Shown piece after piece: positions 13,240 to 26,116 of a stretch of 64,000 bases of DNA (its first letter is position 1; each line of letters opens with the position of its first letter). The notes beneath the pieces were generated by a model, which had not been told where the DNA came from, searched no databases, and saw nothing but the letters and a program-made list of their open reading frames with translations. This stretch comes from Saccostrea echinata (lineage: Eukaryota). The stretch is from the NCBI RefSeq assembly GCF_033153115.1, contig NW_026889751.1, positions 21,824,001 to 21,888,000 of the forward strand. The letters run 5' to 3'. A program made the translations under genes and the position numbers.

Positions 13240-13320
13240 AAACAGGTAGAATCAGATGCATAGGAGTTAGCATTTCCTGTAAACTTGTCACAACCGTCGT
13301 GAGCACTACGTATACCTCAC
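13240..13320 (-). mobile_element. Degenerate 3' tail of a Penelope-like element
   Basis: The reverse complement GCTCACGACGGTTGTGACAAGTTTACAGGAAATGCTAACTCCTATGCATCTGATTCTACCT aligns by eye to 5635-5700. Confidence 0.55.
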
Positions 13321-13980
13321 GTTAAACGGAATAACGCATACTCAAAGATTAAAAAAAGAAGAAAAGAAAAAAAAACTATGTCTTAAGCATTGAAATAACT
13401 CAAAGAATTTATTAAAGTTTATTAAAAAGCTTGTCATACAAATGAAAAGACGAAACCTTGATCAATAGATGGTTTAGTTTAATCTCTCCTACCAGATCAG
13501 TTTGCTGTCTTTATTATATCATTGTACAAAATCAATTCTTCACATCAGTTTGAAAGTTTGTTGATGTTTAATTTTGACACGTATTTATTGTTGCGTTTAA
13601 GCATAACTATGTTCTAGTATTTAATGAAAATTGCTATTTTAAATACATTTTAAAAATTGTAAATTTGTTTTTAGGTCACGATTACAATTCTCGTGTTCAC
13701 AAAGAAGGATAACCCGTGTATGTGTTATCAGCCTTACTTATTTTACATTGTTCCTGGCAATAACATTATGTCAAGCTTTCACTTATCTAAATCTACGCTA
13801 TTTCTCGTCTTTGTCAGTATACCGTTAGCTGCTAAATTTTCATTTTATCCATAAGAATATGGTAAATGGTTTTTTAATGCATTCCAAGTTTAAACTACAT
13901 GTGTTTTGTGTAGTAATTCTATACACTTGTTAGCATACTGTGATGCAGAGACGGTATAAATAACTTTAATGTGCAAAAGT

Positions 13981-16900
13981 CTATATTTTTCTTTTGGTTA
14001 CATTTTCCTGGACTTCTCGATCTCTCGAAGAATTTTCTGATTTTCTTATTTCTTCAATTACATCCGTCGCCTGAAATAATTGTAAAATTATAAAGTTCAT
14101 GTATTTTTTTTTTTCATTACCAAAATAGGTAAAAGAGATCATTTGAAATCGATAAACACTTAAAGAATAGAGTAAATAGAGATACAGAGTCATTGTTACC
14201 CATTTGTAAAATGTTCCGAGGCCCGCACTGGAAGCTCGTATCCTCTCTTCGTCGTATGGTCGGAGTATCTGAGAGGAGTGATTTATCATGTTCTCGGTCA
14301 AGTGGACAGTGTCAAACAGACGCACGCGCCTTAGCAGCCCTTCTTTTCCCGTCTTGCGCATCAACGCCTGTATCTGTTCCCATTCCTAATAAAGAATACA
14401 CGTATTACTTAAGATAAACTTACACATCTACATGAGTAAGATCTGGTTTTAAGAAAATTTATGAATAAATGCCAACTGTACTCACCTCAACACGCCTTTC
14501 CTCCTCCCCTAGAAGGATGTATGTAGCTTTCATGACATCATAAGCCATAGGTTTTGGGTGTTTATAGTTGTGGATTTCAGATATAGTTGGCTGTTGCATT
14601 TTCAGAACCTCGTGAGCAAATCTCTTCAGCCTTCGAAGCTGTGATAACAAATCATCTGCTTCTTCAATCAGTTTCTTAAGATCGGACACATACTCGGACG
14701 ATTTCGCATTTTCTATTGCTTCTTCTAGTTTCTCGCCATGCCTTCTTGCAATTGCGTCTTTCAGTTCTAGTGATGTGAAACATGCACATATACGTTTTAA
14801 TCTTAATTCCCAATTTTCATAGATTGATAGTTTTTTTATATACTAGCACTATTATAAAATCATTTTGAATAATTTGTCAAAATATATTAACTTCCCTGTT
14901 TGTCTGCCTACACACTGAACAATCACAATGTAACAGTAGCTAAAATGTACTAATGCTACAAATTTAGTATTTGTGTACCTTTACGCAGGCTCAAATATGT
15001 CAATCTTTCTTCTGCCTTTTGGCGATCTCCTTTGTCTTCCAGATCAATCTTATCGAACTCATCAAGAGCCTTTTGGAGAGCACTTATATCATTGGAAGAT
15101 GTGGTATCTTGTAATGCCTTCCTAGTTCTTTTTTCGATCGCATTCTGTAAAACAAATAATGGTTTGGAAATGATGATACAATATTCTTCAATCTATGTTT
15201 AAAATGAAAGTAAAAACCCCTACCTCGTAAGGCCTCCGTTTTTTGTTCATGTTTTCTGAGGTCAAAAGGTAGTTACAGGCATTCTTAAATGAACCACCAG
15301 AATCTTTGTCCTTTGTGTTGATCTGAAGAGCATATTCTCCTTTTTGAGGCAAATTCACATTGATATCCAGCTCCTGACCTTTTATCTTATGATTCACGTG
15401 TTTTTTCAGCGTCTGTTGTTCCATATTATTGTGTAACAAAATTGTTTGCACTAACACATTCTTTGTAATGTTAAATTTCATACTGAAATTCTTCGTCTGT
15501 TTGATATTGATGAATCCAGTCTTATGAGACTGTGCTTGGAGCCCTGCTTCTTCTGTTAGAGAATTGGGACCAAATCCAGACTCTGGATTACAGGGAAATG
15601 GTTTTACATCGTTTACATCCTCGTTACATTCAAGTTTAAATTCACACAAAAGCGAATAGTCACCATAGATCTCCATCTTATAAATACCTTCACTGGGAAA
15701 CCGAACACGAAACCTCATAGAAGGCCCTTCATTGAATACGGCAACGTATCTCTCAAGCTGTATTTCTGAAGACAGGGTTGTCTTTGATTCCTCGTGATTA
15801 AAATACAGCTTGTATACGTAAGAACATTCCTCCTTGTCTAAATTTTTTATCCCAATATCGCATACACCACCAACAGACGCATAGATACATTTAGTCGGTG
15901 TTGTAATTTTATGGTGATTCTCAAAATAGTTTTGTGTACAATATGCGATATCTATAAAGTCCTGTTTGGTAAATGGCTTTGTAAGCAACTGCCATTTTGA
16001 GTCAAGGGGAAAACATATATAGATGAACTCTTCTGCCTCCGTGAAGAAGAAATAGTCGTTTATATGGCTGATTGTTTGACCTGATGATTTTTCTTCTTTA
16101 TCTCTTGCACCTTTTCCTGAATTATTTAACAAATAAAGTGGTTGCTTTCAAAATGCATATTACGTTCAATATGTCTAATAGAACGACTTTTTTTCACTAA
16201 AGAGAGTAAAATTTCATTTATTTTAAATAAAAATAAACAGTTTAATCAGTATAACATACAAATAATCTCTCTTTTTTCTACTTTTTCTATCATTACGTTT
16301 TATACCTTGGGTTTCTACTAGAGTCCATGTACCCTTTGAGTGACCAACCACTGCTGAGAAAGCCCAAAGTGGAAACACAAAGTGCCACCCTCCAGCTACA
16401 AATACTGCTGTCCATGAGTTGTTCAGATTGTCAACATTTTTGTCACCTACCTCGTAGGACACGCTCTTCCCAAGTCCACGTATAAGTACAGACGGAATTT
16501 TGGCAGCCCTTGATTTGAAATTGTATTTTAGAACATATATATCACTTGTGTACCTTTAAGTTATATTTGCAAGTACAATTTTTAATGGTCTTTCTTGCGA
16601 TCTCTAACTCACCTACATAGGCTAATAAATAAGAAATTGAACGAGAGTTTTCTTTGTATAACTTGTTGTATAATGGTTTTGGGTGAAGTTACATCTTGGC
16701 TTTTATTGTCGTTTTTACTCGATTTGTTTCCTTTTGACCCTTGTAAACCAATCCAGGTGAAGATTGCTCGCACTTTTTGCACGTCATTTGTTAATCCTTC
16801 CGTCAGAGCACGTGCTATGTCATCAAGGGTCTGATAATCCTCAACTTTTATCTAAATAACAAGAGTTGTCATACACACCGCTGAACAAATAACACTTAAC

Positions 16901-18697
16901 GTATTTTTGGAATACAGATAACATTGTCCCACTCTTCATCGAAACCAATCGATATAAGGTTAGTTATACCTGCTCTTGATCTGTAGAAGGAACATTGATG
17001 TTTAATTGCTGCAAAATTGCCTTTTGGTTTTATATTATTTTATAAAGGAGAGAAATAAATTGCAACATCTTTTATTTTTTTAAATTTTAATATCTATTCT
17101 TAGATAAAACTTTCAGGGGTGAAAATAACCATTTTACTTTAAATCTTCACTTAGACATTTAAATCAAAGTACAATGAAAAGCTAATCAATACGTGTTTCT
17201 ACCAAAATGGATTCACTATTTATATACAATCTGCACTACTAGTTAGTATTCTATCTAGCTTGAAAATGAATAAATAATATTTCTTTAACATTTCAGAATT
17301 GTTCATATCGAAGTTCACTGAAAACCCGGGAAGGGAACATGCGCCGTATATGGTGTTTAAGAAATGTACAGTGAAATAACACATTCTTCTTAATTAGGTA
17401 CGAAAATCAGATTGAAATATGTGATAAGTTGGTAAAAAAAACATAAAACCTTTACTAACATTTACATTGAAATTTATCACATTTACTTCTGTTCTATTTA
17501 CATATCTGACATCAATAAGTAAAGATTTCAATCAACCAGGATTTCCAACATCTGGAATACAAGGCTAGATTTATAATCCCAGTATTATTTGAAAAGATTA
17601 TCATTTCGCTGATACTTTCTATCCAAATAGCTTTTCATGCAATTTATATGAAATTTTCAAATCACTGAAAATGGTGGGGATATAATGTCTATATGTGACT
17701 CATCTCTACCTCAAAGACTGCGAGGACCTATCTTCCCTCTCACCCTCCCTACACCCCTCTGAAATTTAAGTTGGTAGCATAAATAATGTATAATACTTTA
17801 AAGATCTGATTGTACACATTCTTCTTCCTCAATTAAACATTATATGTATATTGTAGTAACATATATTTTTTCTTCAAATTTGACAATTTTTTAAACCAAG
17901 GTAATTATTTTATGCATTCTTTTTACTAGAAGATCAAAAATACCTGATTTGCTCTTTCATCCGCAGTATTTTTATCTTGTTCTGTAAATATATGTTCTTT
18001 TCTGTTAGAACTTGGTTTTGGTGGCGGGTACCCCACTACTATGTCCTCTAAATCTACCTGTAAGATTTACAAAACAAGATGGAAAGCGAGACGTGGTAGT
18101 TGCAAAATATGGAGTAAATGAAATTAATAGCCCAAAAAATTTTTTCTACATCTCTGATGGGAAAGGAAAAGTTGATTTCCTTTGAGGTAAATTTTATTTG
18201 TTGTTTTAAGAAGCATTAATTAGCACATAATGTGTTAGGAAAAGTTCATTCTTGAGGCTTCCGACTATGTTTTGCACGTTTAGTACCATTTCTTGCATTA
18301 AAAATTAAGTAACAATGAACACCGAGTATTACTATCCCGAAGACTTCCTTTGAAAGAAATAGGCGTACTCTTTTGATTCCAGACTGCTTTCATATGCATG
18401 CACCCATCTAATAAATAACCCACAACATGTCTGAATCGTCAATAATTTGGCCTAAGAACATTACATTTATTAAATCATTGATATTAGGTACTTCAACTGT
18501 TATGCATTTGCAAACACGTACAAGTTTTTAATTAAGGAAATTACCGAGTCATTTTCTGGTTCTCTCAAATAGTCCTCCTCCTTTTCCTTAGGTTTACTGT
18601 CGACCCCCTTTCCTTTTGGCTTCTCATGACTATCCCTTCCCCCGGGTTTTTCATGACCATCATCGGTTTTTGTAGACGTTGATCCTCCACACCCCAT
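13981..18697 (-). CDS. Paralog C: hillarin/KY-like protein with dynein-MTBD-like C-terminus
   Basis: Nine coding exons: ~18545-18697 (MGCGGS...), 17945-18057, 16614-16850, 16306-16509, 15223-16115, 14979-15144, 14486-14766, 14200-14385, 13981-14070. Reading frames are consistent across junctions. Confidence 0.88.
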
Positions 18698-18990
18698 GAG
18701 GCTTTATCCTTAATGCGAGCAATTCTTCATAAAAATAAACTTTAACAAGGACTGAGTTGTCAGAATTGAAGAGAAAAACTGTTTGCTTGTCCAGGACTGA
18801 ATCAAATGTCTCGTTTTCACCGCCTACCCTCTTGTCGTGGAGAAGAATTGTTTACTTAAAAAAGAATTGGTTTAAATATCGAGAGGGCTCCATCTAGAGA
18901 CTGAGAAATCTATTTTAATTATAGTTTCCAAAAACTTCTAATATCAAGATTTCGTTAGATGAATTTTGTCAAGAGAAAAAAAAATCTCAC

Positions 18991-19312
18991 CTGGTCTGTG
19001 ATGTTTTTTGCAGGAGAAGGGACGGTATCCAACCATCCATTGACATAATATTTGTTTGAATCATGCAGCACAAGAACCGAATGATTATCGACGAGAAAAA
19101 GGACTATTATTAAATAAATATTCATGACTCAAGACGAGTATTTAAGCGTGTGTATTCCTGGGGTTTTCAGTTTAATGTTTAATTGCCTGTCTCTTCAATT
19201 TTTCTCCTCAATACGCATTCACTGGATTTTAAATACGCATTTATGGATCGCGTAATGAGTGCAATATATCATTACCTAATCAAAGGTGTATTGGAAATAT
19301 GATTAAAGATAA
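18991..19312 (-). promoter_or_regulatory. Non-coding first exon and core promoter of paralog C
   Basis: Donor GTGAG at 18990; GAGTATTTAAG at ~19136; ATATGATTAAAGA at ~19297. Confidence 0.5.
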
Positions 19313-19617
19313 GATTAGGAGCTCACCAAACCGCATCATGTTGCCATTTTTCCTCACTTACTACTTTGCGTCATTTACCATACTGTAATTATCCTGCAAG
19401 GGTCGAAACTCTCAATTTTACCAATTGAGAGAAACCTTGTGAAGTATTCAGCAATTTATAATGAAAATACAAGTATATCAAAACTTTATTAGTGATACAT
19501 ACATTAATGGATTCATATTTCTAAAAATTCACCAAGAAAAGGTATAAAAGTATCAAAACAAATTCACTACTTCTTAAACTTCTTATAATTTATTCAATTA
19601 TTTTAGTTACTGTAATT

Positions 19618-19759
19618 NNNNNNNNNNNNNNNNNNNNNNNNNNNNNNNNNNNNNNNNNNNNNNNNNNNNNNNNNNNNNNNNNNNNNNNNNNNNNNNNNNN
19701 NNNNNNNNNNNNNNNNNNNNNNNNNNNNNNNNNNNNNNNNNNNNNNNNNNNNNNNNNNN
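19618..19759. other. Assembly gap (N run)
   Basis: Run of N. Confidence 1.
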
Positions 19760-20135
19760 TGGGGAGCAGATCGAGTAACAACTTTTTATAAAATCATGAA
19801 TTAATTAATAGTTAATGGTGAATGAAAAACAAATTGAAACATTATAACAACCATTCAGACTTCATATTAAACACATTTTTAAAACTTATATTTGTAACTT
19901 TTGTGTATGTTATTAATAAATAATTTTTCACTCAAAGCAATAAAAAAATAACTTCTCAATTACTATGTGCACATTCCAACACAATCACAAATAGATCGGG
20001 CGCTGCTTCGGTCGATAATAATTTGTTAAAGATTACAAAATGAAACCATGAAATACAAAAGTCCACCTAATGGACTGATGAATGAAAAACTTTTGATTTT
20101 TATTTCATAAATGGTGACGAAGACTTAGGGTCCTG

Positions 20136-20300
20136 GGGGTCGTGACATAAAGCTTGCTTAGTTTTTGACTTAAGTAAGGTCATAATTATGTTTTAGGTGC
20201 AATCTTAGGACCTGCCTAAGTACTACTTAAGTATGTCGTTAACCGTAACAAAAAGTGGACTTAGCTAGGTCTTAATTAGTTAAGTCAAACTTATGTTCAA
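20136..20300 (+). mobile_element. Orphan left end of a PIF/Harbinger element
   Basis: GGGGTCGTGACATAAAGC... is near-identical to 21097-21260 and is preceded by CTG. The empty site (GTCCTG|CTCTG) is visible in the paralogous sequence at ~5939-5949. Confidence 0.8.
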
Positions 20301-20654
20301 AATATTTTTTTTTCACTTATACAATGTACATATATTTGTAAAAATGATTTAGTAACGTTTTTAATTACACATATAATAAAGTTGAAGTCCTTACCTAATG
20401 GTTTTAGCTAGATTAGATTAGATTTCGTATCAAAAGTATATAATTCTGTTTATTCTGAATATTTGAAAACAAATATCGCACGGTCATATAGTGGCAATAG
20501 TGATTCATTGTAAATGCGTGAACATTGTTTATCACTCGAGACTGGGATGTTTTCAGTTTCCCTTTTGCTGTTATTCTTTTGTTTTGACAAATGTTCACTT
20601 CCTTTCAAATTGTCATTCGAACGTCTATGTACTTGAAATTGAAACAATAATAAT

Positions 20655-20938
20655 TTAATCCTGGTTATAACGCCGTATTTGATTGGATAAAATTTTTTAC
20701 TTTATATCGTATAAATTGGGTTGCCTACGTCACAATGACTTGCGTCAAAAACGTATCGATCCGCTTGACGTTACTTTTAAATTTTGTACAAATTGAAGTC
20801 ATTTTTAAGGGCAATCAGCGTTTTTCTTACACTAAATGAATCAAAATTAAATTATAAGGAATGAAATTAATAGCTACCCAATTTATAAGGTATAAAGTGG
20901 GTTGAAACAGTTTACGCTTTTTTTATAAACCGCTTCGC
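20655..20938. mobile_element. Truncated Crypton-like non-autonomous repeat
   Basis: Contains TGATTGG/ACGTCA-type motifs and an internal inverted pair (TATAAATTGGGT / ACCCAATTTATA). It stops at ATAAACCGCTTCGC, the typical centre of a hairpin. Family assigned from memory of mollusc repeats. Confidence 0.4.
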
Positions 20939-21444
20939 ACTTTTATCATTCACATGTACATCGTAAGTTTTCTATTATAAATTATGTGATCTAATTAAAC
21001 TCACCTACAGAGGCTTAAAATAAGAAATTGTACGAGAGATTTCTTTGTGCAACTTAATGTACAATGATGGTGGGCGAATTGACATCTTAGTTTCTGGGGG
21101 TCGTAACATAAAGCATGCTAAGTTTTTGACTTAAGTAGGGTCTTAAGTAAGTGTTAAGCACATTTTTAGGACCTGTCTAAGTACTACTTAAGTATGTCTT
21201 ATACCGTAACATAAAGCGAACTAAGCAAGGTCTTAGCTAAGTCATTCTTATGTATTGAATTAAAAAATTACACAGTATGAAAGTACATCAAGTAGCGTTG
21301 GTTATTACATGTGAGTGTGATATGTACTCACAGACTGAATATTTTTATGTCTTGAATCACGCCTGGCTATTGTCACAATTGTCCCAAGGGACAAATCTGC
21401 CACGGTCTTTTTCACTGGGATTTGCTTCTCGTTTACGGAAGATA

Positions 21445-21592
21445 ATGGCTCGAAAACCAAATTTTTCCAGTCTGAAAATCGAAACTTTGATAGAAGAATT
21501 TCAGAATCATAAAGAAGTGCTTAATTCTTCGTTTAACAACACTTCTACAAACGCATCAAAACAAAGAGCATGGGCCAGTGTGGTATCAAAGG

Positions 21593-21627
<35 letters not shown>

Positions 21628-22746
21628 TAACGCTGATTACGGAAAATTCAGTTATATGCATAATATGGTGTTTTGAATGCCGTATAGTTTTCCAAACATT
21701 TNNNNNNNNNNNNNNNNNNNNNNNNNNNNNNNNNNNNNNNNNNNNNNNNNNNNNNNNNNNNNNNNNNNNNNNNNNNNNNNNNNNNNNNNNNNNNNNNNNN
21801 NNNNNNNNNNNNNNNNNNNNNNNNNNNNNNNNNNNNNNNNNNNNNNNNNNNNNNNNNNNNNATTTTATGTTTATATACATATTCTTACATCATAATTTAG
21901 GAAGTTATTTTTTTTTTAAATCTTTAAAATGAAGGTAAGCTCGGTAAGTGGAGTGATGCGAACGGCCGAAGATGTTAAGAAAAAATGGAGGAATGTTTCC
22001 AGCGACTCAAAGAAAAGGTTATCGTATGCGAGGAAGGAGGCTACCAAAACAGGAGGAGGGCCATCTTCAGCAGTGGAACCGAGTGCGACAGACGTAAGAG
22101 TATTGGAGACAATGGGACAGACAGCAACAGAAGGAATTCCTGGAGGAATAGATACAGCTGGCCCATCTTCCTCCAATACAAGTCTTCAGGAAACTTTTGT
22201 TGCTGATAGGTAATAATCAATGTGTTTTTAAATTTATAAGATAAATGAATTTTCACCATGACACAATATACTTTTATTCCCAAACAAATATCATAAGTGT
22301 CTTTAATTTACATTGTTTCCATTCAGCGACCAACAAGAGAGTGTGATAGAATCCACGTCAAAGAACACTTCCAGGAAACGGAAAAGATCTTCAGGAAATG
22401 ATGAGGCACACGACCTAGTGGAAATAGAAAGGGAGAGATTAGAGGTACATTTGATGAAAATATCAGTACTGTATAATTCTTTTTTTCTGAATGAATATTA
22501 TTTTCCACGAGTACAATTATAAAAGCAAGTACAATATACAAGTTATTATTGTCATATGTTTTTTACTTATACTTTAATAGGTAGAGAAAAAAAAGGCTGG
22601 AATTAGAAGAAAGAAGACTAGATCTGGAACAGAGAAGATTTGATCTGGAGGTAGAGAGGCATTCCAGGGGGTTTATGGTGTGTGACTCTCAAAAAGTGCT
22701 TAAGTACTATATTGTACCTGCAGGCTTTACGGATTTTATGTCATAA
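21445..22746 (+). CDS. Harbinger Myb/SANT-like DNA-binding protein
   Basis: Exons ~21445-21591 (MARKPNFS...KQRAWASVVSK), 21935-22209 (RTAEDVKKKWRN...KTGGGP), 22328-22444 and 22581-22746 (coiled-coil LELEERRLDLEQRR). An A8 run at 22587-22594 appears to carry one extra base. Confidence 0.8.
21702..21861. other. Assembly gap (N run)
   Basis: Run of N inside a Myb-gene intron. Confidence 1.
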
Positions 22747-22748
22747 AA

Positions 22749-23732
22749 TTAAATAAATCTTAAGGCAACGCTTTCCCTTGTTCTTCTTCTGTCATTCATT
22801 GCACCATTATAGCATAGGTCATCATTATCCTGTGGATGAAGTACTTCGGACTCAGGCAACTCTATTCTGTGATTGATGCACATGTTGTGCAAAACCGCTG
22901 TCGCTACTATCACCTAAAATTTGAAGATTTTGTCAAATCATAAAATTGGATTTTAAAAGTATACATTTCATATTTCCATAAAACTATTGGTTTATACCTT
23001 GCATGCTTTCGAAGGATGAAATAACAGAGGACCTCCAGTTTTATCCAGACAGCGAAAACGACCCTTCCACACGCCGAAACATCTTTCAACAGAGTTTCTT
23101 GCTTTCATGTGATAAGCATTATAGCGATGCTCCGAGGGAGTAGAAGGCTGTAAATATGGGGTCATCATTCAATGGTCTAAGTGGATATGCTGAATCACCC
23201 AAGAGCCATCCCTCGCTAATTTCACCTATATAAAATATTCATACCGCTATTAACATTATAAAATATATATCATGTTGTGAGTGAAATGTTAAATAACGTA
23301 TAAAAAGTAGGCACGTAGTATTGGGGGGGGGGGGCATGAGGACCCCCCCACACACACACACACTTTCTTTTCAAACAGAACATTTTACTTTTTTATTGTA
23401 TCATACCTTAGTCATGGTAATTTCTTAATGTTTTAGAAAAATATTGGGTTGAAAAAGTTGGAACCCAACACCACCATCCTCCTTGAAATAGAGATTTTGC
23501 GCCCACATTTTAAAAAATGATAAACGATACTATGTCCCTGCATAATACTATTCATAAAGTGTGTGTGTTTCTTTTCTTCAAAGAATGACATTTTAAATTA
23601 AATTTTATTAAATTCTCTAACACAATCCCTTCTTCAATATTAAACAAGAATGAAATATTCATAAAACTTTTATCAAAAATACATTCAATTTTATAAATAA
23701 TAATTAATGGTGCTTTTCATATAAAAGTGTTT

Positions 23733-23818
<86 letters not shown>

Positions 23819-24517
23819 CACGAGGCAATACGCTCTAGTACATTTTGTTTTTATCAGGAATAGAGTACATGTATATTATTACATACCGGATTCAAACTTT
23901 GTTGAAAGAGCACTGTCTGTCCATATGAATGAGTCATGACTGCTCCCTGGCCACTTTGCGACGATGTTTGTAAATTTCAGATCGGCGTCGCACACCCCCT
24001 GAACATTTATTGAGTGAAAACATTTTCTATTTACATACAAATGTTCATCCTTACTAGGTGATCTTATAGGGATGTGTGTTCCATCAATACATCCCAAAAC
24101 ATTGGGAAATTTAGACAGTTGATAGTATTTTTGCATAACATAGATTTTATCTGCATTAACAGAAGGAAACTTGATAAAATCACCCGCATGTTTATTGATG
24201 CTACATGACACATCATCAAATATTCGAGAAACGGTCATTCTCGACATCCCCTGGGAATCGCCCAAAACGCTGAAAAAACTACCTGTAGCGTAAAATCTCA
24301 ATGCAGTCAATACCTGTGACGAAACACTGATAGCTTCATTTCTCTTCGTTGGTCTTTCCAAGTCATCTCTGACCAATTCACACAAATTTTCAATTAGATG
24401 TCTGTCTAAACGATACCTTTCTATCAAAGATTGGTCATCATAATCATGTAGATTTTCTCTGGTCTTAAAACTTCTTTTTTTCCTCCCACTTTGTAGAAAT
24501 ATATAAGCCGCCGCCAT
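22749..24517 (-). pseudogene. Harbinger (HARBI1-like) DDE transposase, frameshifted
   Basis: Exons ~23887-24517, 22998-23225 and 22749-22913. Motifs ALRFYATG, GCIDGTH, WPGSSHDSFI, LGDSAYPL, VERCFGVWKGRFRCL and LHN. A +1 frameshift at ~23170 follows YPLRP. Confidence 0.9.
23737..23815. repeat. (AT)n microsatellite
   Basis: Perfect AT run in a transposase intron. Confidence 0.95.
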
Positions 24518-24993
24518 TCGTGCAATAATTGTGTATTCAAACTTTACTTTTAACATCTATTGTGAATAGTGTTTAAATGTCTTTATTCACAGACCTCTGA
24601 GTACTACTCACAGTTTCTAAGTGTGTTTATCAACTTTACCTGTCCTCGATTTATAATTATAATATGTACATACATGTACATATGTGTTTTTGCTTAATGA
24701 ACATGTTTATATTGCTATATACTTGTATAAACAGGACATAATGACTCTTTACTCACTTGAAGAGGTATTAGTGTATCTTATTAAGTAGTAGCAAATGAAA
24801 TACGTACTGATTGTTTATAGTTATTTTAACAGTTTTCTGTATGATGTGTTAATGTTATGTCTAAAACCTACTTAAGTCACCTATGTTGATCGCCTAAGTT
24901 TTGCTAAGATTTGTAATTCTTAGCATCCTTTATGATACGGACTTAAGTCAAAAAACGTACTTATGTCTTACTGAAGTATGGTCTTAGACTTAA

Positions 24994-26116
24994 GGTGGTA
25001 TGGGATACCAAACGAAACTTCTCCTACATATTTATGTACCCAAATTAGAAGGATTTGAAATACCCCCACCTTTCAGTATATTAAAGTGTAATTTTAATAA
25101 TTTTTTTATTATTTTAATGAGAAATACAAAAACGATTTTTTTTCTTGCATAATTCTTTTTTCATAAGCTTAATATTATAGACAGGCGTTTGCTAATATAA
25201 AGTGTTTATAAAAACAAAAATGACAAGAAATATGTCTTAGTATTTTTTTAATTTTCAACAAAAAATAAGCGTAAAAAACTGGGAAAACTTTATTTCTTGA
25301 AAACAGACGGATAACATTTCATGAAAGTCTACAATAAGAATGTATCTTAATATGTTAGCAAAGTGAAATAAACAAATTGAAAATATATATATAAATGGAA
25401 AATATAAAATGCATTAAAAATTTTTTGAATTAAAAGATCCGAGCGGAAGAGTTATCCTTCTTTATTTTCCAAGGGTTGAAAAAACCTGGGTGCTATTTTA
25501 GAAATGATGAGCATTTTTTCCCAACCATAAAAAAATCGCACTTTGTAGTTTTCAACTTTGAGCGGTTTTGAAAACAATGCATGGACAATCGCTTTCCAGG
25601 ACGTGTCTTGTTCAGAGCAATTGCATTCATCTGAACGTTTTGGGACTATATACAACAGGTAGCTGATTTGTGACCAAACAGTTACTTCTTGAATTAAATA
25701 ACAAAAAAGTCCAGCTCTGGTTAACGTGATAATTGATTGGTGATAATTCAGCACAATGTGAAGTAATCGCACTTATCCATGCCTCACCGCACACAAGGTG
25801 CTGTACAGTTACTCAAACAATTGAAATACAGCTTTTGCTTAAAAGTGTTCAAAAGCAGCAATGTTGAAACTACCTTTTACAGGGGTTTGCTTTTTTAAAT
25901 GTCCGTTGTACAATTATAAGTAAATTTATATACTTGAGATTTTTTGTCTGTTTTTACTTAAAATGCCGACTTGTGAGAACTTGCATTGAAATAGGCTTCA
26001 GAGTGTTCTTTTCAACGGTGTATCTACAAATTTTGACCCGATAATAAGCACTCCTGCAAATCAAAACAATACTTCAAACGGAAATACGTCATAACGTGGA
26101 GGTATCCCATACTACC
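24994..26116. mobile_element. TTAA-inserting TIR element (Kolobok-like, non-autonomous) nested in the Harbinger right end
   Basis: TIRs GGTGGTATGGGATACC / GGTATCCCATACTACC flanked by TTAA (24990-24993, 26117-26120). Purine-purine termini favour Kolobok over piggyBac. Confidence 0.8.

Noticed and set aside
23309-23540. G-run-containing MITE in the transposase intron
   Set aside because: Imperfect inverted ends are visible but no TSD could be verified, so it was left unannotated.
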